Assembly (NCBI GenBank): GCA_951406725.2
Contig: OX597816.1
Coordinates: 76,756,001 to 76,820,000 of the forward strand
Source: Octopus vulgaris
Taxonomy: Eukaryota
Direction: 5' to 3'
DNA length: 64,000 bases
Shown here piece by piece: positions 26,318 to 40,323 of the stretch (positions are counted from its first letter, which is position 1; each line of letters starts with the position of its first letter). Position numbers and translations under genes: made by a program. Under the pieces are notes generated by a model. That model worked only from the letters and a program-made list of their open reading frames with translations, ran no database searches and was not told where the DNA came from.

Positions 26318-26447
<130 letters not shown>

Positions 26448-26724
26448 CAACTTGATTCGGCACCAAACCTGAAATTTGGTTGGCTCGGAGGAGGAAACCT
26501 ATCTTGTCAGGCATCTAAAGAAGACCTTTCTCTTGATGCCTGAAGAGAGGTTACTTTTCCGAGCTTAGAAAGGTTTAAGCTGTATGAAGCTGAGTCAAAC
26601 TGTTCATAAGTATCTGTAACTCGTGCCAAATGTGCTGCGTGCCTCTTTCATTCGTTTCCCCACTCAATACTGTATGTACATATGTGTCTGCACGCATAGG
26701 GTGGTATGGTGGTGGGATCTGTGA

Positions 26725-27030
26725 AAGTGAGTGGTTTTTTGGTTAATATATTCAGCTCACTATCGTAAGGTCCTGATTTCGAGTTCTCGCGTTGCATTGT
26801 GTCCTTGAGCAGGAAACTTTATTTCACGTTGTTCCTGTTCACTTAGCTGGCACAAATCAGTTGTATCCGTAATTCAAAGGGCCAGCCTTATTCTGTGTGG
26901 AGCTGAATCTCCATGAGAACTTCGTTAAGTGTATGCTTTCTTGTGGAGTGTTCAGCCACTTGCACATTGATTTCATATGAATGCTGTTCCGTTGATCGGA
27001 TAACTGGAACGTTTATCGTCGTTGTAATCA
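26725..27030 (+). mobile_element. SINE family C
   Basis: Homologous to 10701-11020 (gtccttgagcagg, aattcaaagggccagcctt, tgtggagtgttcagccacttgcac, actggaacg..tcgtcgt). Confidence 0.75.
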
Positions 27031-27035
27031 CTTTG

Positions 27036-27176
<141 letters not shown>

Positions 27177-29344
27177 GTCATCTATAGCCGAATAAACTAT
27201 GACACCACGAGGATGTTTATGTACTAAATTATGTCTCCTATACTTCCGTTCACAAAGAGCAACACTCTGCACTGCGACTTGCGGTGGTTTATCGTAAGCC
27301 CCACGTATGAGTTTGTTACTTTTTCTTCAATCTGTTTCTATCTGCATCGATGTTGTGGTTTTGAGTTACTCAATGTAGATGTGGGTGAAGTGAATACTGT
27401 CAGAGAGCATTATTGAGATTATTCAATAAATGTTGGATTTCGAAAAATATATTTAAATGTTCAATTAATTACATCTATTTTCTATATTTTGCTTTATATT
27501 TTAGACTATATTTTCAGAATCTGTGAGACACAATTGCTTCTAAAACATTATTTCTATCAATCAATGTTTCTATGTATCCTACTATATAATCACCATATTT
27601 TGTAATCAATTCACTGCCCTATTATACAATTATACACTCATTCACAATTTATGAATGAAATAATAATGTGTATCATTAAAATATCGAGGAAAGATTTTTA
27701 AATGGTTTCTGCTTAACTGACAGATTATCCTGTATGCAATGCAAAATCGTTAGAGGAAGACTAAATGGGATAAGCTAATATCTGTTAGAATAATTTATCA
27801 ATATCTAAAAGTATAATTATCGTATTAAAATGTATAGTAATAAATTTCCCAATTTTTTTTTCAGTGTTTTACTTTTTGTTTAACCTGCAGAGAGAGGCCT
27901 TCTTGTGTTTTAAAATATGTGCAAAATACAAAAATAAATAAAGAAAGAATATAACGTAGAGGTATTCACTCTAAAATGTCGAGGAATAGGTCCTTGCTTG
28001 GTTACAAAATAAATCTTCCTTTCCTTACAGATCCCCTCGCATAAGGCTTACGGTCAGCGCCTCTCTCAGCATGGTGAGAAACACGCATGCGCTGAAGATT
28101 CTCGGTGCAACACAGAGGTGAGATGCTGTCAGAATAGAACCTTTCCGTTGCAAAACTCTTTGAAAGCATCTCTACGCATGCGTGTGACAATATAATGTTT
28201 TTACGTTCCTTACATATTTTAGTAATGAGAAGCTTTTTTTCCTAATTAGTTGTTATCATTTATGTTCATCCAGATTACGTTTAGTTGTTTAGTACCTCCC
28301 AGTTTTATTAATTTTGGTCATTCCCTTTGCGCAATGCATTATTTCACTGAGTATGCAACTGTAATTTTTTTCCTTTTGTTTAGTTATGTTGTCCTCTGTT
28401 CTCGTGCCCTTGTAAAACTGTTCCATCATTGATCTGCAAAAAATTTTCTCTTTTAAATAAGTCGCTTAAATATATATTTTTAATATTGGATAATTTGTTT
28501 AGAAATAGCGCTTAAATTATAAATTATTTTCACATTGCCCCGCAAAATTAATTTCTTTCTCATCTTTATATAACATTAACTGATATTTGATAACTATTAT
28601 GGATCTTTTAATTTAGTAACTTTAAAAACTGTGTAATTATAATCATGGTATAAACTATTGGGAAATACTAAATGTAATGACACAATAATTGGATTATATA
28701 TTTTCCCAGTAATATATATTATAAAACACACACCTATAATTCCTCTCCAGATGAAGAAGTGACATGGTGGCTAAAATCACGAATTCAAACAATGATATAT
28801 CGCCTCCTACCTAGAAGAAGAAAACAAATGAAATCATCTTAAGCTTTGCAAAATATCTAATTAAAAAGGGGGAAGTCCAGTAAGCAATAAATAAAGTACC
28901 AATGAATTCGAATTGCTACATTTAGCATGCAAATCTTCAAATCACACACTATCTTCTGCAAAACGGAAGACAGCAATACATAATGTAGTCATAAGTAAAT
29001 AATACCTAAGAAAAAATTAATGGGTGATTCCGACTTGTATGCGTTTTTATAGTTTTACTAAAATGGAGCCGACCAAGAAATACCCAGCATTAATAGCATC
29101 AATATTATCTGTGTCAGCTACATCTAGTCATATTCATACTTTTTTTGCGAGGTGATCATTAAAGCTCATAAATATATTCGACTACTTATAAAGTCGGTCA
29201 AAACCCGTCGATAGATATATAGAAACATATAAAGCTACAAAGTATACAACTACAAAATATAGTCACTGTCTATTATATTAAAAAACAAGTGCGTCTCATC
29301 AAAATGTTTCCAATTACTTACTTTAAACTTTTCTTCTCAAAAAC

Positions 29345-29345
<1 letters not shown>

Positions 29346-29443
<98 letters not shown>
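29346..29443. repeat. (GATA)n microsatellite
   Basis: Visible in sequence. Confidence 0.95.
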
Positions 29444-29699
29444 TTTGAGAATAACACCCAGCCCTTTCAGATTTTCGAAATTTTCCCCTTTATATGATTT
29501 ACTTTTTAATTATCCGACAGGGGCTCTGCTTACTGGCTGGAGTCATTTTATTCATTATTATTTTTTATTTTTTGTATTCAAAAATTCATTCTCTTCTCAT
29601 CTTTGTTTTATAAAGCCCAACAAATGCTTTTATGTTCATAAATTCTGATGATCAAAGTAAAACTATTCTATATAGTAAAACTACATTAGTAAAACTACT

Positions 29700-29744
<45 letters not shown>

Positions 29745-30405
29745 CTATTGTTTCATCAACATGCATTTAATACGCTATGTGTATTTGTATAAACACTTCT
29801 TCGACTTTAAGTATTCTACTATTTTCCGCAATTACCATTAATATTTAACGTACTGAAAGTTATCATGTACTCAACTTATTACACTACATGCATGTGTTTC
29901 TATGCATATAAGCAATACGTTCTCTGTATCTATACATAGCACTTTTGCATTGAAGCAATAAATGTATTTCGCTGATATCACAAATTATACTGTAGCATAC
30001 ATGCAACTCATTATAAAACTCCAAAATAAAGAAGTTATTTTTCATTATTTACTGTTCATTACAACATTTATAAGATTTCTTCATCTTAAGTGTAGCCCGA
30101 ATACTTTCTTTGAGGTAAGTTGCTACCATACTGGTGATACCAATAATGCGACTAAAATTCTTATATATATCATAAAATACATTTTTCGTCCCTAGAAAAC
30201 CTTTTGAAAATATATATGCCTTATTGTAGAATCTTGACCCCATGTGTAAATATGCGTATAAAATATGCATATATTTAGGTAGTTGTGAATATATGCATAT
30301 TTCTGAAATCAGGAAGAGGATTTATTGTAAAAAATAACGTACAGTCAGTGACTGCAACATATTTTGCAAATTAAAAGTAATCAAAACTATATAATATTTC
30401 AGTAG

Positions 30406-30445
<40 letters not shown>

Positions 30446-31387
30446 CCAAATGTTCATGCTTTATGGCATTTTTATTTACATCCTGATACTCCCTTTAGGA
30501 TTTTCTATCATGTACATTTTTCAACTATTCCTGCAATTAGAAAACTTAAACATTCATACACATCACAATGTTTTGCCGGTACGGTAATCTAGTAACAAAT
30601 AATTCAGTTAAGTTTCCAATTCCTGAAACATAAGTAGATGAAGCTTTTATATAAAATGGATGATCATATGGGAAGGTGTGAATTCATATGACATGTAAGC
30701 ATATCCTGTCAATGTGACATGCGAAACGGGCAGGCAGAAACAAATAGTATAAATTTTCTCCGTTCTTCAAACACCTTTGTAAAAGGTCATTTTGACCGAA
30801 ATGTCAGGATTAATTTCATATTTTTCTTGTAACATGCAAATAGCTTTTGTAACTAGTATCTTCAAATTGCATTGCAATATATTTCTATATGTGCATACAT
30901 AAACTTCTTGTTATTTTTTATGTAAGGTAATACTTCGTGCGAAACACAATACTGATATATATATATGTGTGTGTGTGTGTGAGTATGCGCGTGTGTGTGT
31001 ACATGCATTTACATATACGTAAATATATAAAACTCTCTCAGTCTTTCTCTCTCTACCCCTTCTCCTCTCTCAATCTCTCATTCCGTCTTCCACTCTGACG
31101 TATCTCTGTATAAATATAAGTATGAATGCCTGCAAGAAAAATACTTGATAGATTTCTAGGACAAGCAGTTTGGGGGCATGTTAAGATACTCACTGTTTTG
31201 CAGGCAATTTTCTTCTCCTGACCGGTACGAAGTATGATTCAAAATAACTAAAGCTAATAAAGAATATTAGAATTTTAAATATTTTGATGGAATGCAATAT
31301 ACTCCTAATATTCATACAAATACCCATAACACACATATACATGGATATACACACACACATGTACGTGTGTGTTCATACACATGTATG

Positions 31388-31457
<70 letters not shown>

Positions 31458-31464
31458 TATGTAG

Positions 31465-32172
31465 GTGAAAAAGTTGGTGTGTGAAAGAACGTGGTTGGAT
31501 ATATAAAAGATAGAAAAGAGTGAAAAAGCTACAGAAGGTTTGTTTTATAAGGTTAAAGAAAATATTTAAGCCGTTATGTTACAAAAATGTTATAAAATTT
31601 CGTGTATAGTAACATAGTTTTGGGGAGAAATAACCGGTTTCGTGTAAACTTTTCAAATTTCTCAAATTTCTTTACCTACATCGTGTCATGTCTTCGTTAT
31701 GTAGTACAAAGAAGAGTTCCAGGCAGGGGAAGGTAATCAGGGCTTTCTTCCGGTATAAGGGAGATAATCGCTTTATATTTTTTTCTTTCTTTTCAAGGGG
31801 ATAAGTTTCCTTGTATAAGAATGTTAGGATGGTTAAGTTCAGGTTTTTTTCTTCTTTTTCAATGAGATGAGTTTTTTGTATAATAATGTTAGGATGGTTA
31901 AGTTTAGGGTTATATTTTTCAATGAAGAATGCTTCCTTGTTTAATCTAATTTGTGTTGGTGTTCCAATAGCACATTCATAGAATGGAAAGATTAAAAATT
32001 GTGGTAGTAGTTGCTTTGCGCATTTCTCAATATGCTCACTAAAGGGTATCATTCTGTATTCTGGAAATACAATCTGTTGTCGATGCAGAGCGCATCTGCG
32101 TCTGAGTGATAATCCCGTGGACCCTACGTAGTTTTGGTGGCAGCCCGAGCATCTTATGACATAAATTATGTT

Positions 32173-32175
<3 letters not shown>
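31465..32175 (-). mobile_element. Penelope-like element 3' fragment (GIY-YIG endonuclease + pLTR)
   Basis: ENIIYVIRCSGCHQNYVGSTGLSLRRRCALHRQQI..SEHIEKC..RLNKEAFFIEKYNPKLN; bounded by (TA)n at both ends. Confidence 0.88.
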
Positions 32176-32211
<36 letters not shown>

Positions 32212-32614
32212 TGAAATAATTGGGGTCAACAAAAAGGAGTACGGGTGGGCATTTATTTTCAATCGCAAAAACAAAACAAAAATCACCAAATAAATACAAA
32301 AGTAATAATAGTGCAAATCACAGCAGCTGTCGCAAGAAATCTGCATGCATACTCGTGAACCAATGCATACAAAAAATCGTCATATACAAATGCTAAATCA
32401 CTACACCAAACCAAGAATGCGCATACATAGGAGCGTCCGAAAACCAATTCATGGTCCGCTATCGCAACCATATCTCCTCATTCTGAAAGATAAGCCAGCG
32501 ACACTCAACATCATTAGCGGGCCTAATACGGAGGTTAAAATGTGTTTGTGTGAATGTATATATATATATCTTTAAATTAGATACGATCAATATATTTATT
32601 CTTATATATATATA

Positions 32615-32914
32615 TGACGAACCCTCTCATCGTTAAACGACGATTGAGTGTTCGGCAATATCTTACCGAACAACCACACAGATGATTTGTTATAGTGATC
32701 AAATGTTCGTGTAGACATAAGCTCACTCCCTCCATCAGATTAACATTACCTGTACAGGTGCAACAGGTGCCATTTTTCAGATGTTGAAATGATCGTAGAG
32801 CAGCCTTGAAATGAAGTGCTTTGCTCAAGAACACAACGCAACGCTCAGTCTGGGATTCGAACCCACGATCTCACAATCATGAATGCAACACCGTGACCAC
32901 TAAGCCATGCGCCT
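32615..32914 (-). mobile_element. tRNA-derived SINE related to family C
   Basis: Minus strand ggcgcatggcttagtggtc (A box), gggttcgaatccc (B box), ttcttgagcaaagcac core. Confidence 0.8.
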
Positions 32915-32962
32915 TCAAATTTATATGTATACGTGTATATGTATACATTTATGTATGTATAT

Positions 32963-33006
<44 letters not shown>

Positions 33007-33199
33007 TTGTTGTATTTGGTTTGTAAGATTCTTTATGCGAATTCCTGTGTTGGAACAAATCTTGTTGTGCCTAGAGATATGTAAACATTTATGTTATTTA
33101 GCCTTACAACAGTTGTGGGGATTTTAATACCGGATAATTTTTAAATGTAATTGACAAATATGATACTATATATAACAATAACAATACTGCTGTGTCAAT

Positions 33200-33560
33200 A
33201 TTGGCTTCAAATTTTGGCCTACGGCCACCAATTTCGCGGGAGGGAGTACGTCTATAAAATTGTCCCCAGTGCTCAACTGGTACTTATTTTATCAACCCCT
33301 AAAGGGTGGAAGGCAAAGTCAACCTTGATGGAATTTGAACTCAGGACGTAAAGACGTACAAAATATCGCTAATACTTCTGCCTGGTGTGCAATCGCAAAC
33401 ACAAGGCCAGCAGTTTTGAGGGAAGTTGGTCAATGACCCATAGACTGGTTTTTGACAAGTACTTTATTGTGTCTAGCCACAGCGATAAAAGGTAACCTTG
33501 GCCGAGACGAAATTTGAGCTCAGAGCGTAAACAATCAGATCAAATGATAAACATTTTCCC
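33200..33560 (-). mobile_element. two tandem degenerate SINE family A copies
   Basis: ggtacttattttatcaacccc..ggcaaagtcaacc..gaatttgaactcag, then a second more decayed copy. Confidence 0.65.
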
Positions 33561-34065
33561 GCTCTTCATATAGAAATTGCTCGTTATGAGTAAAGCTATA
33601 GGATCGTGAAAACAAAAGTGATAAATAACCTTTCCATCAATTATAGTTCCCGTGCAAATATTTACTAATTGTGATTGCATAGAAAGTGTGTGTGAGTGTG
33701 TGTATGTGTGTGACTAAATTATCCAATTTATTTTATAGTTCATCTTTAATTGTATATTGTCTTTTGAAATCTTCTATTGCTTTCGAATAAACCATTTACA
33801 GGCAGAGATCAAAGAATTCAATGCATTTTAGGGCAAAACTTACGCGTTCTGAGATTTTAATAATTTCTGAGAATGAAACATATTTGTGAATAATTCATTT
33901 TCAGTTATTTACTTTGAAGAACCTAACATGTACGCAGAAGCGAAATAAGAAAAGTCAAAAGTTACTATAGCTTTATGGCTTAATTGTTAGAAAATCAAAA
34001 GGTACAGTAAGTACAATAACTCGCAGAACTTGAGAACTAATGAAGCAATAAATACTTAAAATAAA

Positions 34066-34250
34066 GCGGCGGGATGGCAGAAATGTTAGCAAAATACTTA
34101 GCGGCATTTCGTTTGTCTCTATGTTTTGAGTTCAAATTCCACCGAGGTCGACTTTGCCTTTCATCCTTTCGGGATCGATAAATTAAGTACCAATTGCGTA
34201 GTGGGGTTGATCTAATCGACTTCCCCCCTCCCCCAAAGTTTCAGGCCTTG
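34066..34250 (+). mobile_element. SINE family A
   Basis: gcggcgggatggcagaa..gagttcaaattccaccgaggtcgactttgcctttcatcctttcggg. Confidence 0.85.
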
Positions 34251-35013
34251 TTTATATATATATATATATAAGAATTTGTTTTGAGGTTTGAAAATGCACC
34301 TGTATCTCAAAATGTGTAGTCGTGTTTAAATGTTGTAATAGATTTATTGAAATACCAAACCGGTGTCGACAATTGTTTGCTTATGAATGGTACAAATATA
34401 TAATTAAAGGGTTTAGGAGTGTTTAAAGTTACTAGGTAAAAATCGGAAGGGCATATTTAAACGATCAAATGTTCATAGAGATTCCAATGATTTTCACAGG
34501 GTTAGATAGTAATACAAGTGTAAATGTTCTGTTAAGATCATAACAAATATACATTATTGAAAGTTCAGTCACATTGAGCTTTTATGAAAAAAAAAAGAAT
34601 AGTGGGGAAGACAGAGAAAAAAGTGATGAGAAAGAAAATTTTTTTCTTTTACAATTTCTGTCATGGTGCGTGTTGTTCTTTTTTCAATTTCAGAGGTCTC
34701 TTCATTTTGTTCGAAATGTTATACGCGGAGACCTTTTAGTACATATATATATTTTACGGTAAAGGATCAAGTTTTGATTGGTTATAGTTTTGATGGAATG
34801 TGTTTGTTTGTGAATCTTTTTGTCAAAATATTTTTGTTTGGCAAAGACTAGCATTTTGGTTGGCTTCTTGGTGACGCACATTCCTTTTTGACCACGTGAT
34901 TAATTGTACGTTTCGTGACGTCACACATTTTGATAAAAAATGCGTTCGAAAATAAATTATCATCTTATTTGTTTGTTTACATATATGCATACATATGTAT
35001 GTATGTATGTATG

Positions 35014-35135
<122 letters not shown>

Positions 35136-35397
35136 GTGCGTAAACTATAATATAATATAAAGAAAATGGAGAGTTTGAACATAGCAAAGTCGATTTATTT
35201 ACATAATAGTCAATTTGATAAGGCCTATGTGTGTTTCAAAATCTACCATCATTCATATTTTTCAATTAAAAATTGCATTATGAATTTAGAAGGTAAAAAT
35301 CTCTCAGGGCAAAAATTTACTTATTCATTTTGCATCCTAATAGATATAGTTTTCACTACAAACTGAATGGCAGCATATGTATTTGTGTGTGTGTGTA

Positions 35398-35491
<94 letters not shown>

Positions 35492-35913
35492 TGTGTTTGT
35501 GTGTGTCTTTGGATCCTATTCAATTACATCTCAATGGATTGGAGTATTCCTTACAGAATGACTGTTATTGAGTGTATTTGTATGTGTGCGGTCAGTATGT
35601 TTGCCCTTGGATTTGGTTCTAAAAACAGATAAAATTTATACTTCAACCATTGTGGACAATGGCTAGTTTTAGGTCATACTACCATTCCCATCAATGGAAT
35701 TTCGATTGTTTTGTTTGTTTTTATTGAAATCAACTATGTAGACAAGTTGATTTTGTTATGTTCAAACACTCCATTTTCTTTATATTATATTGCTAAAATC
35801 CTGTTCTTATATATCGAATAGATAAAACATCAATAAATTAATCGACATAGAGGTAACCCAGTGGACGCTTGGATGTAAGACATTCCTAGAAAGAGCAATA
35901 CCTTTCTATACAA

Positions 35914-35949
<36 letters not shown>

Positions 35950-35951
<2 letters not shown>

Positions 35952-37080
35952 AGGTGTTGACTTATTTGACCATACGTGGCATCGACAACACTTAATAGTA
36001 CCACTTGGAGAAGACAGTTGGTAATACTTTATATTGCATTCATTCTTTAGGCATCATAGCCCATTCCAGTAAAAAGTTATTGTTTGCAGAAATATATCCG
36101 GATGTAGATGGTTTACGTAGAGTTAATTGGAGCTATTCGTCTGGGAAGTGCTTGAATGTTATGGGATTTTTTCTTGTGTCAGGGCATGATGTTAAAGGGA
36201 GCAGGGCCAGTTGAGGTTAAATAATTCCGTGTTAGTGTTAAAGTGTTGCAAGAGAATTATTTTGTAGAGGATGGATAGCATATGGATCAAGCCTTGGTGA
36301 ATAATAACATTGGTAGATCATTTGAGCAATATTGTTGGAATATTTTCCACATCAAACTAATGGTATAGCGCTCGCGGTGGCATTGGAAGAAATAAAGTTT
36401 GAGTTTCTCAAAACAATCCTAATAATCAAGACCAGTTATGTCGTCTATGTTTCTTGTGATCGATCTCCAGGAAACTTAAGTTTTTTTATAAGGAAGAAAC
36501 AAATAAAATTATTTTATTCGTTGCCATACCCAATTCCAGAAACGAAAATATTTACATTCGGCGAAAGGATATCTTTAATTCTATACCAATCATCAACTAT
36601 AATTGTCACAAATCCAAAACAGCTGAAGACAACCACCAAATTTGAATGGATTCTTAACAAAGGTGAAATTTACATTTGATAAATAAATAATGCTTATCAG
36701 ATGTAGGAATTGATCGCACAAGGTTAAACAAACCAATTCATGATGGGATGGACTGCGAGGTTAACGTAAATATGAAATACAAAGCAAAATCATTTCTTTT
36801 CTCTGTCACATGCCCGCAACGCAATGAAATTTATATTGGTTAAATAGAATCAAAAACAATAGATCGGGCTCGAATGGATAAGCCATGAATTAAAGAACTA
36901 TCTGTTCAAATGTTTCATGTAGCCAACATTTGACATTCGTACAAACAGAAAATTAAGATAATTAAAGATTTTCAAATATCGGACGAAAATACAAACAATT
37001 ACGAAAGGTACATGAAGAATACATTCAAAGACATCTAAATTCGAAACTAAACTGAATATTATGAAAACTACTACTAAAAG
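35950..37080. mobile_element. highly degenerate, rearranged Penelope-like remnant
   Basis: Plus strand HQTNGIA (RT) near 36350 and SVTCPQRNEIYIG..R.R (GIY-YIG) near 36800-36880; the left part appears inverted. Confidence 0.5.
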
Positions 37081-37465
37081 CAAATACCTTTATATAGATT
37101 ACCTTCAAATATGAGTGTTTGTGTAGCTAAAGATCTTGAAAAGTGCTTACGGAAAAACTTCCTACCATGAAGTCTGTGTTAATCTCCTTTCTTAAAGATT
37201 TTAAAATATAATTGATAATTTTTGCTCAAAGATATTAAAATCATATATATATATATATAATTTTATTTAATTTACATACCCATATCCTATTTAGGAACAT
37301 GCATGTGCATTGGTATATTCACATACATCATTTCAACCATAACTTGCAGTAGTTATATTCCGACTGGAAGTGATCCATAGCAGCATTTGTATTTATGGTT
37401 GATTTCATATTCACTAATTTTTAAATATATTCTTTAGCTTTTGATATGGTATTTTAATATGGAAA

Positions 37466-37676
37466 GCGGCGAACTGGCAGAGTCGTTATTACCCTGGGCA
37501 AAACGCTGAGCGGTATTACGCTAGTCTTAATGTTCTGTGTTCAAATTCTGCCAAAGCCGACTTTGTCTTTCATCCTTTTGGGGTTGATAAAATAAGTGCT
37601 GGTTCAACACTGGGTTTGATGTAATCGACTTAACCCCACCACGAAATTGTTGGGCTTGTGCCAAAACTTGAAACCA
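37466..37676 (+). mobile_element. SINE family A
   Basis: gcggcgaactggcagagtcgtt..gttcaaattctgcc..ctttcatccttttggggttgataaa. Confidence 0.82.
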
Positions 37677-37852
37677 GCTTCCTCATCATTATACACTTTT
37701 TTCTGCTGCTTTATTCTTCATTTTCTTACGTTTTGTTATATTTTCATCTCGCTTTCTTCTACATGCTATTTAATTAATTTTGTGTTCCTAAAATTTTTAT
37801 TCCTTGATCTCCACATTCTATTTTCCCCTCGATATATTTGTTCATTCTCTGT

Positions 37853-38404
<552 letters not shown>

Positions 38405-39720
38405 TAATATGTCTGATTCATTGTTTATTTGATTTTAGTCTTGTTGCTTATGTAATAAGATATTTGTGCGTGTGTATGTATGCTAACATGTATGTGCACA
38501 CACACATATACGCACTTGCATGCATACATTTAAATACTAATCCAACGTTGATTACATAAAAATATTTCGCAATATTGTTATCTACGTTTCGTGACTGACG
38601 TCACTTAATATCAAAATATTCTAGAGACATTTTTTCTTCTTTTTACATGATTATTGAGTTAGTTTTTCGAAAGTAGTTTTCAATCACTTCTAAGTATGCT
38701 GCAAGAAAAAGCAATCAGACGTTGTTAAAAATTCATGTTAATTAGTAATTTGTTCTTATTGTCAACAAATTAATCCCTCCAACTAAAACGTAGCCGTATA
38801 ACTGCTGATAATAAACTATTATTAAGTGCAATGAAATTTCGATAAAATTGTTCGGTGATTAAATAATTATCTAACTTAAAATGAAAAATATAGAAAGGAA
38901 ATATTTTGAGAAGAGAAAATAGATAAAATTTTAAGTAGATTTATTGAACACAATTTTCTGAAATTATCATATAATTATTACCAGCAGCATCACTCACGTT
39001 GATGCCACTATCATGGCAATCAACTGAGGAAACACTATGATCTTAATCATCAATCATCGTTGTGATTGTCATCGCCCTCAACGTCACCAAATTTCAATAT
39101 TGTTATTATCAGTAAAAATTATCATCACCATCATTATGATCATCATCATGATAACCATCATTATCTAGATCATCATGTTGTTTATCCTCCTCTTCACCAT
39201 CATCATCATCATCATCATCATCATCACCATCACTATTATCATCAACACTGTTACTTTCAGTTTCAATATCATTGTTGTCAACATGTTCATCAATCTCTCC
39301 CCCTTATATTATCAATACCATTATCATTCAAAAGAATATCTGCACTAACCGTTAGCAACAGTAATATCACTCTTACATTTACATTTAGCAGCATCCTAAG
39401 TCCAATGAACTCCACACAGACCTCTTGACTCGTCAAAACCACTGCCACGTTCACTTTCTGTGGTTTTGCTTTAATTTATTATACCCCTTCCCACAAAAAG
39501 CATCACTTTATTTGTATTATAAAAATCAATAATAATATTTTTAACAAAATTAAGAAATTACGACTATTTTATTACAAATCAAATATAAGTCTATAACTAA
39601 TTTTCGTATATTTCCAATAAATAGCAGTACATTAAACATAGAACTGGAGTTATATTAAAATAGTATTTCGTTTTTGTATCTGGTACGCAAGATTATCGAT
39701 GCGAATTCGTGTGATGAGAC

Positions 39721-40323
39721 AAATTGTACTGTATCTTGGAAGTGGCATTACGCCTAAAATAAACACACGCATTGGTTCAATTTCACCTCTTTATTATTAA
39801 TCAATTGGTTAGTTATTTAAACAAACCTTAAATCAACCACTTATTTAAACAGTCGGTCAAACAATTAATCAGTTGTTCGTCAAAGACATTTTGTTATCAT
39901 TTGCTACCACACCAATGACAGGCCCTCTCTTTTCCAAACTTGTTTGAAGATCTAGAGATTTTTCGTTTAACTGACTGATTAAGCAGGAAGTCGATTAGTT
40001 GGTTGGTTAAATAACTAATAAATTGTTTAATAACTATCCTTTCTACTATGGACATAATGCCTGAAAAGAGGTGGGAGCTAGTCGATTACATCGACCTCGG
40101 TGCTCAACTGGTACTTATTTTATAGACTACGAAAGAATGAAAGGCAAAGACAATCATGGCGGAATTTAAACTCAGAATATAAAGACGGACGAAATGCCGC
40201 TCAGCTTTTTGCTCGGCTTGCTAACGATTCTGCCAGATGGCTGCCTTAACAAATTGATTAATAATAAAGAAGTGAAGTTGAACCAATATTGGCGTAATGA
40301 TCTTCCTAATGTACAGCAAATTT
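39721..40323. mobile_element. foldback/MITE-like element with ~90 bp imperfect terminal inverted repeats, interrupted by a SINE
   Basis: 39721-39810 (ggaagtggcattacgcc..attggttcaatttcacctctttattattaatcaatt) is the reverse complement of 40250-40323. Confidence 0.7.
40036..40247 (-). mobile_element. SINE family A
   Basis: Reverse-complement match to family A; flanked by aaattgtttaataa / aaattgattaataa (imperfect TSD). Confidence 0.8.

Noticed and set aside
28751-28842. Possible terminal exon after tcctctccag (DEEVTWWLKSRIQ...*)
   Set aside because: Would need the 28073 donor; no homology or independent support
31630-31690. Hammerhead-like motif in the PLE pLTR (GAAACCGGTTA on the minus strand)
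   Set aside because: Palindromic stem III is present but the CUGAnGA box is not recognisable
32840-32914. tRNA gene
   Set aside because: A and B boxes are present but continue into a SINE body; it is a tRNA-derived SINE head
39066-39428. His-rich 120-aa ORF
   Set aside because: Degenerate (CAT)n low-complexity tract with no convincing splice sites or domain
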